Shown: one piece after another, positions 38,344 through 48,127 of the stretch
How positions within the stretch are numbered: the stretch's first letter is position 1
Layout: each line of letters begins with the position of its first letter
IMG/VR virus record: IMGVR_UViG_3300028920_000023
Origin: a virus
Taxonomy: Duplodnaviria > Caudoviricetes
Reading direction: 5' to 3' (one strand)
Length of the DNA stretch: 64,000 nucleotides
Made by a program: the position numbers and the translations under genes
Notes under the pieces: generated by a model
The model's database searches: none
Told to the model about the DNA's origin: nothing
The model's input: the letters and a program-made list of their open reading frames with translations, nothing else

Positions 38344-40856
38344 ACCGACTCGGGATCTGTAGTTGAACAGGCATCGGGAGGCAAACACATCCTATAAGTA
38401 ACCGAGATAACACCAGTAATCCTACCAGGTCTTCTAACAGAATCCCAAAGACCAGCAAGAACGACCGCATCAACAGGCTCATCTCCACTCTGATCATCAC
38501 CTAAAATATTGATATAATGATCAAGCTTGATGTACTGTGTCAATGGATCAATATTATTGTCGTCATCCCGACCACCCGGATTATTAGCCTCCAGCCCATT
38601 GGTTACCGAAGTCACAAAATCCTGCACGTCACGAGTTATATACCTACCATCCCTAACAACCTGAGATCTAGTCAACAGATTACCGGCATCATCATACTTA
38701 TACTCATCATACAACGGAGGCGGATTCGCAGTACGATCACCATCCGGATCCACATGTGCACCATCAGGCCAAACATTACCCTTCGTGGAGACCCTAGCTA
38801 TAATCCTCTTATGCTGAGAATCCAAAATCTCATAAGCATCACCAACAGCAGGACGATCAGTACCATCACCAAGCGTAGGCCAAGGACGACGCAAAATCAA
38901 AGTATCAGAAGTATTATCACGAATAGTCCTACTAACACCAGCGAAAGCACCATCAACCATCGTAACCCGATAACCATTATTAGCAGGAAAATCCCCACCA
39001 TCATCATTATCGCGTTCACGCCACTGACCAGCAACCCAAGACTGACCAGAATCAATCAAATTACGCCTAGTAGAAGCAACCTGAGTAACAGTCCCAGAAC
39101 CATCCGCAGGAGGACCATCCGGAGTAGTAGAAGACAAAGCCGTCAAACTATCACTCAAATTATTATGAATCGTATGACCATCACCACGAAGATTATCCCT
39201 CTTATTCTCATAAGGTTCCCGATCACCAGGCCACTCCTGACGAGTAGACCTATTAGACACCGGATCACCCTGACGACGCTCAAGCGTAACCAAATCGAAA
39301 GTATAATAATTCCTCAAAGAATACTCAGCATTCGAAGAATTACGCGCAACACGAACAGCCGCAGTCAAATCCAACAAATACATATTCACAGCCTGCCTAT
39401 GAACCTTCACAGGCGTCAAATACTCATAATCCTTATTAATATTACCACGGAACTGCTGAGTATGACTCCTGCCAATAATAGGAACAGTCAACTGGAAAAT
39501 ATCAACACTCACCCACGCCCCAGTCTCCAGCGGGTCTAAAGAACGAACAACATCCGGATCATAATACCACTGAATATTCCTAGAAGTATCAAACCAAACC
39601 CTACAATCCGGAACAGCCGCATTAGAATCCCCAGAAGTAGCCGGAATCTCAGGACAATCACGCTGAACACAAATAGCAGACTCACCACCAACCGAAACCG
39701 GCAACCACCCAGTATTACCACCATCATTAAACACCTTCACCCACAAAGTATCATTCTCAGTGGGCTCATCAGAACCAACCGCATCACCACTACTCCGACC
39801 ATAAATCGCACCAATCGGAGCATAAACATAACCCTCAGGACTACCAGCACCAAACTTTACATTGTCGCCAGTAACGAATCCAGAAATATTAGCAGTAGCA
39901 TTTCCAGGAGCATTAGCAGCATTACTAACACTCCCAGCGATAATATGATTCGTAGCAACCACATCACCATAGACATCCAAACCCTCTTTAGAAAAAATGC
40001 CACGAACACCAGGACACTCACCAGCCTCGCCCGTATAAAACCTAATCGTCCCATCAGAAACCGTATCACCATCAACCCGCAACTCAATAGCACAAGAACC
40101 ATGCGCAGTAGGAGAATCTATACCACACTCAGCAGTCTCCTGAAACTGCACATTCTGACTAATAAACGAATGCTCAGAATCATCACCAGAAAAACCAACC
40201 ATAGACTGAAAACGACCAAAAGTCTGACCCGACTGAACACGATACTCACGATTGCCACCAACGCTATCTAAATAAACATCCCCACCAGAAACCCACAACC
40301 TATTACCAAGACCACTAGAAACCTCACCAGTACCAATAAGAACATTACCCTCAGAATCACCACGCATCAACTCAGAAATAACACCATCAGAATCCGTAGT
40401 AGCAAACTGAATATAACCAGACTTATCACCATCAACATCATTCTCCTTACGACCAGCAATAGTAGCAAAAGCAAAAGCCGAATAATCAGACTCAGCAGAA
40501 CGACCACTAAACCTCAACTGAGGGCCAACATCCTTAGCAGGACAATTACAACTAATAAGACGAATATTACCAGCCAACTCACCAGAATCAACAACATCAG
40601 ATTCTAACTGGAAACCAGCACTACTACGATAAATCTTCTGGCCAAAAATCTCAAACTGATCTGAGTAAGTATCTACAAAGACTTTCTCAGTAGAACCCGT
40701 ACCACCCCTGGAAATACCCAGAGGCTGGTCAGAATCCGCAATGGCATTAGTCAGAGCTAACTGATAAGCCTGTTCAGCCTTATCCGCAACCTCTTGGATA
40801 AGATCCTCATAACGCCTAATCCCATCACGACTATTCTCGCCCATAATCACCCCCAT
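38340..40856 (-). CDS. Large virion structural / tail-fibre-like protein
   Basis: 838 aa, G/D/S/T-rich; contains GAGSPEGYVYAPIGAIYGR...LWVK...GNTGW, a motif common in tail spikes. Confidence 0.55.
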   Translation of the reverse strand: MGVIMGENSRDGIRRYEDLIQEVADKAEQAYQLALTNAIADSDQPLGISRGGTGSTEKVFVDTYSDQFEIFGQKIYRSSAGFQLESDVVDSGELAGNIRLISCNCPAKDVGPQLRFSGRSAESDYSAFAFATIAGRKENDVDGDKSGYIQFATTDSDGVISELMRGDSEGNVLIGTGEVSSGLGNRLWVSGGDVYLDSVGGNREYRVQSGQTFGRFQSMVGFSGDDSEHSFISQNVQFQETAECGIDSPTAHGSCAIELRVDGDTVSDGTIRFYTGEAGECPGVRGIFSKEGLDVYGDVVATNHIIAGSVSNAANAPGNATANISGFVTGDNVKFGAGSPEGYVYAPIGAIYGRSSGDAVGSDEPTENDTLWVKVFNDGGNTGWLPVSVGGESAICVQRDCPEIPATSGDSNAAVPDCRVWFDTSRNIQWYYDPDVVRSLDPLETGAWVSVDIFQLTVPIIGRSHTQQFRGNINKDYEYLTPVKVHRQAVNMYLLDLTAAVRVARNSSNAEYSLRNYYTFDLVTLERRQGDPVSNRSTRQEWPGDREPYENKRDNLRGDGHTIHNNLSDSLTALSSTTPDGPPADGSGTVTQVASTRRNLIDSGQSWVAGQWRERDNDDGGDFPANNGYRVTMVDGAFAGVSRTIRDNTSDTLILRRPWPTLGDGTDRPAVGDAYEILDSQHKRIIARVSTKGNVWPDGAHVDPDGDRTANPPPLYDEYKYDDAGNLLTRSQVVRDGRYITRDVQDFVTSVTNGLEANNPGGRDDDNNIDPLTQYIKLDHYINILGDDQSGDEPVDAVVLAGLWDSVRRPGRITGVISVTYRMCLPPDACSTTDPESV

Positions 40857-40869
40857 TGGTATCTCTAAT

Positions 40870-40877
40870 TATATTTG
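40870..40877 (-). promoter_or_regulatory. Putative promoter motif CAAATATA
   Basis: Upstream of the 40856 start. Confidence 0.45.
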
Positions 40878-40886
40878 TAAAGGGGT

Positions 40887-41174
40887 CTAGAATAAAACAC
40901 CCTCATTATCGATACACATAACATCCCGATAATCAATAAAAGCATAATCTGCACGATGTGGATCCTTCCTATCCGGCTCAATAATATGGACAGGACAATG
41001 AAACTCAAAATAAGGACCCTCCTTATTAACCAGGATCCTATCACCAACCTCCAAACCAGAGACACCGCAGCCAATACCGACCACGGTGCCTCTAGAAGCA
41101 TCTCCCTCTGATTCAAGCCTAATCAAGATATACGAGCCATAAGGCTTAACGGGCAATTCATTCTTCATCTTCAT
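40887..41174 (-). CDS. GroES-like co-chaperonin
   Basis: VKPYGSYILIR...GTVVGIG...EVGDRILV...YAFIDYRDVMCI. Confidence 0.75.
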   Translation of the reverse strand: MKMKNELPVKPYGSYILIRLESEGDASRGTVVGIGCGVSGLEVGDRILVNKEGPYFEFHCPVHIIEPDRKDPHRADYAFIDYRDVMCIDNEGVLF

Positions 41175-42210
41175 GGAGTTCAGCAGCAGCCAAACAACCC
41201 TTGCTCACAGCGTGCAGAGGATCCGCAGCATGGCGAATCTCACCAATAGGAATCTGCAAATCATCCTTCTTCCTACCAAATTCTTTCCTCAAAAGATCAA
41301 TAAAACCCTTAGGCATAGAAGTACCACCAGCATTAATAACCGGAACCGGCTCCGGAAACCTCACCTTATCGCGATTCTCATTAAAACCACGAACAATACC
41401 ATTAACAACATTCTCAATCATAATCTCATACATAATCTTAATAGTCTGATCAACCTTATTATCATAATTCATCAAAGACAAATCAATCTTCTGCTTAGCA
41501 TGAGCAATCGTAGTCGGAGTCTCAGCATAATCACCATTCGGATTAGACGGATCATAGCCAAACCGAACAGCCGCATCAGAATCCACCCTATCACCCGCAC
41601 CAACCAAACAAAACTCAAAAATCGGAACACCAGCAAAACCAGCATGCACAGTAATCGTACCAGCACCCCAACTAATCCCAATAGCAGGACCAATCTCATC
41701 TAAAACCAAACACCTAGCCTCATTAATATGAAAAGCACTAATCTTACCACCACCAACAAACTTCTCAACCAACAACTTCACAATCTTCTTATGAAAATCA
41801 ACATTCAAACGCTCATCATTCAAAGCCTTAGCCGTAGTACAATAATACAAAACCGTATCATCCTTCACATCCTGCCCCAACGCATTCATAATAATCGACT
41901 TAACAATAATAGCCATAATCTCCTGAGCATTCTCATCCGTCTTAGAAACACCACCCTCAGCCATCGGGCGCTGTAAAGTCTTATTAAACATATAAGCCAA
42001 CTTCTCAGCCTTAGAGCCAATAGCAATCAACTGATCGCCATAAGGAACATAAGGAACACCCTGTTTCTTAAGAAGATTCTCAGTAAATTTATCACCCCTA
42101 CGCAAATCAATATAACCATTCACCTCATGAATGCTCTTAACCTCACCATCTTCCGTTTTCCAGGACAACACAATGTGCTTAGTACCTAAATCAAGTCCTA
42201 ATCTATCCAT
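41158..42210 (-). CDS. Actin-like ATPase (MreB/ParM/MamK superfamily)
   Basis: Phosphate-1 GLDLGT, connect-1 INEA, phosphate-2 ISWGAGT, adenosine GGTSMPKGF, connect-2 DPLHAVSKG; start MDRLG with GGGAG RBS. Confidence 0.85.
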   Translation of the reverse strand: MDRLGLDLGTKHIVLSWKTEDGEVKSIHEVNGYIDLRRGDKFTENLLKKQGVPYVPYGDQLIAIGSKAEKLAYMFNKTLQRPMAEGGVSKTDENAQEIMAIIVKSIIMNALGQDVKDDTVLYYCTTAKALNDERLNVDFHKKIVKLLVEKFVGGGKISAFHINEARCLVLDEIGPAIGISWGAGTITVHAGFAGVPIFEFCLVGAGDRVDSDAAVRFGYDPSNPNGDYAETPTTIAHAKQKIDLSLMNYDNKVDQTIKIMYEIMIENVVNGIVRGFNENRDKVRFPEPVPVINAGGTSMPKGFIDLLRKEFGRKKDDLQIPIGEIRHAADPLHAVSKGCLAAAELHEDEE

Positions 42211-42235
42211 GATTGGTCTCCCGCTTTTCTTAATG

Positions 42236-42517
42236 TTATTTATTGGTTTGGTCTTGCCCGAGATTAACTTCGGGCGTTTTGAAATTTTCGAACTTATCTT
42301 CGAAGTCCTGTAATCTTTCCTCATCCGTAACGGCTGGAGGAGATTTAATAAATCCTTCTTGGTTATCGTGTGATCCGGATCTATGTTCGGTGATATCGGC
42401 TTTTTCGGAGTTCTTCCCGGAACCATGTGTGAATACGTGAATTTCCGGGACATTAATATTGACCTCCACAACGACTTTAGGAGGCCCCAACAGCCATCTG
42501 AGGAATCTACCTAACAT
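42236..42517 (-). CDS. Hypothetical protein with amphipathic N-terminus
   Basis: MLGRFLRWLLGPP; acidic tail; directly upstream of the actin-like gene. Confidence 0.6.
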   Translation of the reverse strand: MLGRFLRWLLGPPKVVVEVNINVPEIHVFTHGSGKNSEKADITEHRSGSHDNQEGFIKSPPAVTDEERLQDFEDKFENFKTPEVNLGQDQTNK

Positions 42518-43059
42518 CGTCTTATATTTGCAAATATCTTAGAGTACTCCCTAAAATCCTCCTCAAACTCAAACTCCAACCTATCTATCTCAGTAAACGA
42601 CTCACTCGGACTCCTAGAACCATCAGACATAAACCACTGAACAAAAACCTCATAAGCATTCCTACCAACCACAACACCCTTCCTATCACCAGACCTAACC
42701 AAAACAGGAGGCTGCTTCACCTTATGCCTCCTCTCATCCCACAAACCATCTATCTTATTAACATCATCCCCATAATTAACAAGAGCAACAATCCTAGCAA
42801 ACTCATAAGATCTCCTAGGCTTCTCCCTAGACCTACACCACCACCCCTCACCAACATACTTCCACTGCAACTCCTCACCCGTATCAGGACTAGTAAACAC
42901 AAACCAAGAAGTAGGAAACCTACCAATCTTATCAACAAAATCCCCCTCAAAATCAACACCACCCTTCTTATACCTAGAAATAAGCCTCTTACGATCCTCC
43001 TTATAAGGTTCCTCAGGACGCATTCTAGGAACAAATAACTCTCTAGGTCTTCTCTGCAT
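42511..43059 (-). CDS. Hypothetical protein
   Basis: 182 aa; G/T-ending codons like other minus-strand genes. Confidence 0.7.
   Translation of the reverse strand: MQRRPRELFVPRMRPEEPYKEDRKRLISRYKKGGVDFEGDFVDKIGRFPTSWFVFTSPDTGEELQWKYVGEGWWCRSREKPRRSYEFARIVALVNYGDDVNKIDGLWDERRHKVKQPPVLVRSGDRKGVVVGRNAYEVFVQWFMSDGSRSPSESFTEIDRLEFEFEEDFREYSKIFANIRRC
42523..42530 (-). promoter_or_regulatory. Putative promoter motif CAAATATA (within palindrome ATATTTGCAAATAT)
   Basis: 5 nt upstream of the 42517 start. Confidence 0.4.
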
Positions 43060-43063
43060 AACT

Positions 43064-43219
43064 CTACTTACGCCTAAAAAGACCCCTAAGAGAATCAGTC
43101 AAACCACCCTTATAAAGAATACTCCGTATCGTCAAAACAATCATAGAAACATATACCAAAAACGGAATAAGAGATAACAACAACCACCACCAAGAATATT
43201 GAAACGCATACAATCTCAA
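43064..43219 (-). CDS. Possible small membrane protein (not in ORF track)
   Basis: Open frame LRLYAFQYSWWWLLLSLIPFLVYVSMIVLTIRSILYKGG...; only a TTG start is available. Confidence 0.35.
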   Translation of the reverse strand: MRLYAFQYSWWWLLLSLIPFLVYVSMIVLTIRSILYKGGLTDSLRGLFRRK

Positions 43220-43274
43220 TACGGTAACCGAGAAAAGAATACTGACAGAGATTATAATAACGGTTTTAAAATCG

Positions 43275-44438
43275 CTAATTTTTAGCTCCTTCTAATTCCG
43301 CGATGCGTTTCTTTAGATTTTGAATTTCCTCACTATTCTCCTGAGATTTCCGTATCGTGCTCTGCAGGCCAGCTGCTAAAATGGGCGTTATTTTGCCATA
43401 ATCTATCATTTGATAAATAGGCTTCCCATCATCATCTTCTGCATCCGGCACACCCGTAACAGCTGCTGGAATAACTAATTGTAATTCATCAGCAATAAAG
43501 CCTAATTGTACAGTCTGTTTTGGATCAGAAATAAATTCAAATAATCGTGGTTTAAGTTGCATCACTTGTTGTGCGGCTTGAAGATCTGGAATATACCTGA
43601 TATTGTCCTTTAATCGTCGGTCAGAAGCTGAACCGTAAGTCGTTGACGGTCCAGCTTGTGTAACGGAGATAGAACCACAATTCGTCGTATCTCTCACAAA
43701 ACCAATTGCGTCTCCATCTGCAGCGCTTCGATTCACCTGTATACCCACATAACCAAGTGAGGCATAAGCTACGTCGATAATAATGCCGTTATTTACTGTA
43801 CCGCAATCAATCTCTAATTTACCCGCATTTTCCTGAGCATTCTTATTGATAAGAATTTGACCATTAGTGTCAATACGCATAGATTCAACCCAGGTCGTAT
43901 CACCACCGCTGGTAGTTGATCGATACCAGACGTGTTCTGCGTTTCCGTTGTCATTTATGAGGTAGAGTGCTGCTTTGGCGGAGTCGTGGTGTTCCCATGC
44001 TCCACCAGAGCTTTGATAGGAGTTGGCTGCTAGACTTATTCTTTGGGTGCTTCCTGAATTTTGTGCGGCTACGTTTATTGAGCCGATTCTTAGAGCGGTT
44101 GTTCCTGTATTCCAGACGTCTGGTGCTGTTCCGATTCCTACGTTTCCTTCTGGGTTGATTTGTAGGGCTAGGTCTGGGTCTGTACTGTCTGTGAGGTTGT
44201 TTATTTGTAAATTACCATTATAACTAGTCAATTCCCATCCAGGCGAGGTATTATCCTCCTGAATCAACAAAGAAGGAGCACCGCTAAATAAAGTCAAACT
44301 CTCTAGTGTAGGATTCTGGTCTAATGGACCAGTTGCACCTGTGTTGCCCTGAGGCCCCGTGGGTCCTGTTACCCCCGTCGGACCCGTCGGTCCTGTAGCA
44401 CCCCGAAAAGTAATATTCTGTAAAGTACTAGTGCCCAT
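43275..44438 (-). CDS. Tail fibre protein with collagen-like start and C-terminal intramolecular chaperone (peptidase S74-like)
   Basis: GPTGPT repeats; SDRRLKDNI, QLKP..FEF, LGFIADEL, IDYGKITP, terminal coiled coil. Confidence 0.85.
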   Translation of the reverse strand: MGTSTLQNITFRGATGPTGPTGVTGPTGPQGNTGATGPLDQNPTLESLTLFSGAPSLLIQEDNTSPGWELTSYNGNLQINNLTDSTDPDLALQINPEGNVGIGTAPDVWNTGTTALRIGSINVAAQNSGSTQRISLAANSYQSSGGAWEHHDSAKAALYLINDNGNAEHVWYRSTTSGGDTTWVESMRIDTNGQILINKNAQENAGKLEIDCGTVNNGIIIDVAYASLGYVGIQVNRSAADGDAIGFVRDTTNCGSISVTQAGPSTTYGSASDRRLKDNIRYIPDLQAAQQVMQLKPRLFEFISDPKQTVQLGFIADELQLVIPAAVTGVPDAEDDDGKPIYQMIDYGKITPILAAGLQSTIRKSQENSEEIQNLKKRIAELEGAKN

Positions 44439-44450
44439 ATAAATCTCCTC

Positions 44451-44918
44451 TCACGATATTTTTGATATACCATAATTCCAAGCAGCCTGCCAATTACAAT
44501 ATGGAGAAAATCTCTCAAACATAAACTCAGCATCCTCAGCTGTATCCCTATCATACCAAATATCATGCCAAATACAATCGAACTTTCTAGACGGAACCCA
44601 CGTAAAAGCATCTCCATGAAAAATCTCAACATTCGGAAAATAAGGACCAACAAGATCAATAACCTCCTGATGCTTCTCCAACACACTAATCCTATCAGCC
44701 TTACCAGAATCAATCAACATCCCAATGTGCAGACCCAAACCAAGACCAGTAAACAAAACATCACCATAAGCATTCTCCAATAAGACCTCACAAGATAATT
44801 GCTCAATCTCAATATCTGTCATCATAACCCTGCCATCGTAAGTAAGCAAAGTAGACCCAGTCTCTTCACTCTTGTACACCTCAAAAGCACCAACCTTATT
44901 GGGTCTAATCTCAATCAT
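44451..44918 (-). CDS. SAM-dependent methyltransferase (spermidine-synthase-like fold)
   Basis: VLFTGLGLG, ISVLEK, IFHGDAF, FDCIWHDIW. Confidence 0.8.
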   Translation of the reverse strand: MIEIRPNKVGAFEVYKSEETGSTLLTYDGRVMMTDIEIEQLSCEVLLENAYGDVLFTGLGLGLHIGMLIDSGKADRISVLEKHQEVIDLVGPYFPNVEIFHGDAFTWVPSRKFDCIWHDIWYDRDTAEDAEFMFERFSPYCNWQAAWNYGISKIS

Positions 44919-44943
44919 GACAAAAATACCGTGAGGAATATCC

Positions 44944-45969
44944 ATGATAAAGAAAAAACAACTAGGATCATTATCAATACGTACCAGCGGATCAGGAATA
45001 ACAGACGCAGCCCAACTAACCACCTACGACCGCTACGGCATCTTCAACAACAACACACAAGCAACATACTTCCTACCACCAGCCCAAACAGGACTATCCT
45101 ACACATTCATAGTCACAAATACAGGCTCACTAACATTCTACACAGCCTCTGGAGATAGGTTCATAACACAAGGACTGACCGGAATAGAAGGTGGTTATAT
45201 CACAAGTGCAACGATCGGAAGTCGAATAAAAATAATCGCCCTAGACGATATAATATGGACAGCGATGATAATAACAGGCTCCTGGGAAATAGAAACAGAA
45301 ATATCACCAGGAACAACAGACATCACACTAGGTGCAGGCTGTACAAGCTGCGTAGAAGAATTCCCAGGAAGTGGACCAGTCAACGAACTTGCAAATTCCA
45401 ACGATCTTTCATCCTCTACCTGGGAAAAGAACAACCTAGCTGTGGCTTCAGACAGCAATCAAATAGACTGCTTCTGTAACCCAAACTCATGGAAAGTAAC
45501 AGACTCAGATGGATCCAACACAGGATCACTAAGAATATTATCATACGATCTTGGATTATCTTTCGGGCAAGCTACAGACTTATGGATGTCAATGTTCGTA
45601 AAGAAAATAGACAACGTAAGACCCTTCCTACAAATGACAGGCATATTCAGAAGCGGAATCAACGTAGGATATCTGGTTGACTTTGACAATGAAACTATGA
45701 TCCCCTATGCCGGAGGAGGCGTAAGCTCATTCCAACTGGAAAACATGAACTGCGACGGATGGTATAGAGCTGCATTCTATAGTGACGTATCTCTATTACA
45801 ACCGGGTGCAGCTAACGTCACAATAACATTCGGTCCAGCAGGAGCAACAACCGGAACCGTATTAGATCCAAGCGTAACGGGAAGCACATATATGGCCGGG
45901 TTTATGCTGACTTATCATACTTTCGGTTCCGATACACCATTACCAGATTACAACGGAGCAACAGCATGA
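44944..45969 (+). CDS. Virion structural protein, possible carbohydrate-binding C-domain
   Basis: N-domain paralogous to the next gene; NELANSNDLS...W...DGWYR pattern. Confidence 0.55.
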   Translation: MIKKKQLGSLSIRTSGSGITDAAQLTTYDRYGIFNNNTQATYFLPPAQTGLSYTFIVTNTGSLTFYTASGDRFITQGLTGIEGGYITSATIGSRIKIIALDDIIWTAMIITGSWEIETEISPGTTDITLGAGCTSCVEEFPGSGPVNELANSNDLSSSTWEKNNLAVASDSNQIDCFCNPNSWKVTDSDGSNTGSLRILSYDLGLSFGQATDLWMSMFVKKIDNVRPFLQMTGIFRSGINVGYLVDFDNETMIPYAGGGVSSFQLENMNCDGWYRAAFYSDVSLLQPGAANVTITFGPAGATTGTVLDPSVTGSTYMAGFMLTYHTFGSDTPLPDYNGATA

Positions 45970-46325
45970 GCCTCTTATCCCTAAAACAATTTGGAAATTA
46001 TGATATAACACATTCCACGGCTTCATCTACGAATCCTAATATCATAACCTCGGATGATAAGTTCACAGTTTATACAAACAAAGGAGCATCAGAATTAAAT
46101 GTACATGAATTACCAGCTCCGGAAGGAGGATTAGAATATTATTTTGCAGTTTATTCTTCCGTCGGCATAGAAATTCAGGCTAGCTCAGGGCAAATCCAGA
46201 TTGATGACGTATTAAGCACAGATGGCATAATATCCAGCACACAGGTGGGGGCTTTTTTGATCATTCTAGGATTAGATAATTCCACATGGCTCGCTACTTC
46301 AGTTGTGGGGACCTGGGTTCCTTAG
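45966..46325 (+). CDS. Small structural protein, paralogue of the upstream N-domain
   Basis: Shared LP.A..GL.Y.F.V...SG...I.S...G..I.I..LD...W.A....G.W. Confidence 0.6.
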   Translation: MSLLSLKQFGNYDITHSTASSTNPNIITSDDKFTVYTNKGASELNVHELPAPEGGLEYYFAVYSSVGIEIQASSGQIQIDDVLSTDGIISSTQVGAFLIILGLDNSTWLATSVVGTWVP

Positions 46326-46333
46326 GAGGTTTT

Positions 46334-47188
46334 ATGAACAAATTATATGGTGCTTTTGCTCTAATCTTCCTCACAGGGTGCATAGCAGACAACAATACAA
46401 GACAGACCCAAGGACCATCTATCGATCCAATAACAATAAACGTCCCAAAAACTGAAACCGTAAACCTAGACAAGGTCGTAGACGATACAGCCGCCAGAGT
46501 CTCCTCGGATATAAAAACAGAAGTCAGTAAAAACAACAGCCAATTATCTGGATGGATAAATGGTATGATCCATCAGTTAAAAACAGATATAGGAAAACTA
46601 TTCGAAGCACACGTACAAGCGACCCTGAATGCATCAAACGAAATGTCAGCAAACATCAGAACCAATATGAGCGAGCTGATTAAAGCACAAATATCCCTAT
46701 CAACACAACTGCAAATGCAAAACAAAATCAACGCAGAACTAAGAGCAGAACTAAACACCAAAATAGGAGTCATAGAAGAACTTAAAATAGCCAACTCCTC
46801 CCTAAAAGCAGAAGTCAAAGCCCAAGGGCAAATCGCAGCTAATGCCCAAATCGGCAAAAACACATTCGAACAACAAATAAAGGATATAAAACAAACCTTC
46901 GAATCCAAAGCTGGCAGAGACGTCAACATGTATCCTCCACAAGCAGTAGAGACAATAAAATCAACCTATCATTTCTTTCTAGGAATTATAGGAGCATTAT
47001 GCACATTGGCGACAACTATTATAGGTATGAGCTTCAAGTATTCTAGACAAAGAGCAGAGAGAAGATTTGAATTAGAACGAAAACGAAGCGACGAAATACA
47101 CGAATTGTTAACTAGTGCTCTAGTTTACGTCCCAAAAGAAAGGGCTGAACAAATAGAGACACGTATGCAGAGGAAACACAATGGTTAG
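46334..47188 (+). CDS. Lipoprotein with coiled coil and C-terminal transmembrane helix (unimolecular spanin-like topology)
   Basis: AGGAGG RBS; MNKLYGAFALIFLTGC lipobox; FFLGIIGALCTLATTIIGMSF TM followed by basic tail. Confidence 0.6.
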   Translation: MNKLYGAFALIFLTGCIADNNTRQTQGPSIDPITINVPKTETVNLDKVVDDTAARVSSDIKTEVSKNNSQLSGWINGMIHQLKTDIGKLFEAHVQATLNASNEMSANIRTNMSELIKAQISLSTQLQMQNKINAELRAELNTKIGVIEELKIANSSLKAEVKAQGQIAANAQIGKNTFEQQIKDIKQTFESKAGRDVNMYPPQAVETIKSTYHFFLGIIGALCTLATTIIGMSFKYSRQRAERRFELERKRSDEIHELLTSALVYVPKERAEQIETRMQRKHNG

Positions 47189-47345
47189 ATATTTCCTCAC
47201 CCAAAGCAGGATGATCATAAACGAATATAACCGTAGGAAGAAACTTGGCCAAGACGCCGAAAAATGGTTAGAAGAAAAATTATCTAATAAAGACTTTTAC
47301 TTAACAAACAAGGTTAACGAATTGAAAGAAAAACAAAATGGTTAA
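47181..47345 (+). CDS. Small hypothetical protein (54 aa, below track cut-off)
   Basis: MVRYFLTQSR...EKQNG; overlaps both neighbours; GAGG RBS. Confidence 0.5.
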   Translation: MVRYFLTQSRMIINEYNRRKKLGQDAEKWLEEKLSNKDFYLTNKVNELKEKQNG

Positions 47346-47742
47346 AGTGATCAGACTGAGCTTAGCCGCCGGACAGACATACGAGAACGTGAACATATAT
47401 CTACCACACGAGCAAGTAGGGGATATCCCAAACCACTTCGAGGATGCACAACTAGTATTCAGAGATAATATAGACACTTATATCGTACCGATTTACCAAG
47501 TAAGACTTATACAACTTAATAAACATAACCGTAGATTTCCATCAGATATCTCATACAGATATTCACATATTGCTTTATATGGGGATTTGACATTTGGGCC
47601 TATCTGGGCTTTGTCTTCAGCGGATGCGCTTAATAAAGCTAATATCCCAGTATTTCACGAAGCGTATGAACAATTTACTTTCGCCTGTAATGATGGGACG
47701 TTCGTAACCACTGACTTCAACGTGATCCAAATAAAGGTATAA
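47338..47742 (+). CDS. Hypothetical protein
   Basis: 134 aa, coupled. Confidence 0.65.
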   Translation: MVKVIRLSLAAGQTYENVNIYLPHEQVGDIPNHFEDAQLVFRDNIDTYIVPIYQVRLIQLNKHNRRFPSDISYRYSHIALYGDLTFGPIWALSSADALNKANIPVFHEAYEQFTFACNDGTFVTTDFNVIQIKV

Positions 47743-47744
47743 AA

Positions 47745-47909
47745 ATGGATGATCTAGAGGAGAAATTAGACAAGGTATTGGGCCTAGAGGGCCTGGTATC
47801 CAAAGGCTCTACCAAAGGTGCATCCAAAGGACCCACCAAAGACACAATGGCTCATGATTATGATGAAGACAGTCAATCTAAAGAAGAAGAGAACCCCGAG
47901 AATAAGTGA
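47745..47909 (+). CDS. Small acidic hypothetical protein (54 aa)
   Basis: MDDLEEKLDKVLG...ENK, starts 2 nt after the previous stop. Confidence 0.5.
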   Translation: MDDLEEKLDKVLGLEGLVSKGSTKGASKGPTKDTMAHDYDEDSQSKEEENPENK

Positions 47910-48072
47910 TCAGTAATAAATCTACTTTCATTTGTTCTATATTCCTATGACAGTTTTCTGCACATCGTGCTCTAATTAATCCAATGTGTTTGTTAATTTC
48001 TTCATCCTGTTCCAACATTATTCTCTTTCGCAATGACAACTCGATCTGGCTCAAGAGCATATCTTTGTTCAT
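47878..48072 (-). CDS. Small hypothetical protein
   Basis: GGAGGG RBS before MNKDMLLSQ; the upstream part of the track ORF is antisense to the fibre gene. Confidence 0.45.
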   Translation of the reverse strand: MNKDMLLSQIELSLRKRIMLEQDEEINKHIGLIRARCAENCHRNIEQMKVDLLLITYSRGSLLL

Positions 48073-48127
48073 GTTCTGACCCTCCTTTAATATATTCTTA
48101 CAAAGATAAAAGTAAGGAGAATAAAAT

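Noticed and set aside
38517-39539. Long + strand ORFs rich in I/T/N/R/P (also 4285, 14014, 34486, 41173, 49692, 55505) and V/L-rich - strand ORFs
   Set aside because: These are shadow or alternate-frame ORFs produced by the A/C skew, which depletes stop codons. They overlap well-supported genes and have low-complexity composition.
42211-42471. 87 aa N-terminal extension of the actin-like protein (ORF track start 42471)
   Set aside because: It overlaps the 42236-42517 gene. The phosphate-1 motif and a GGGAG RBS point to the start at 42210.
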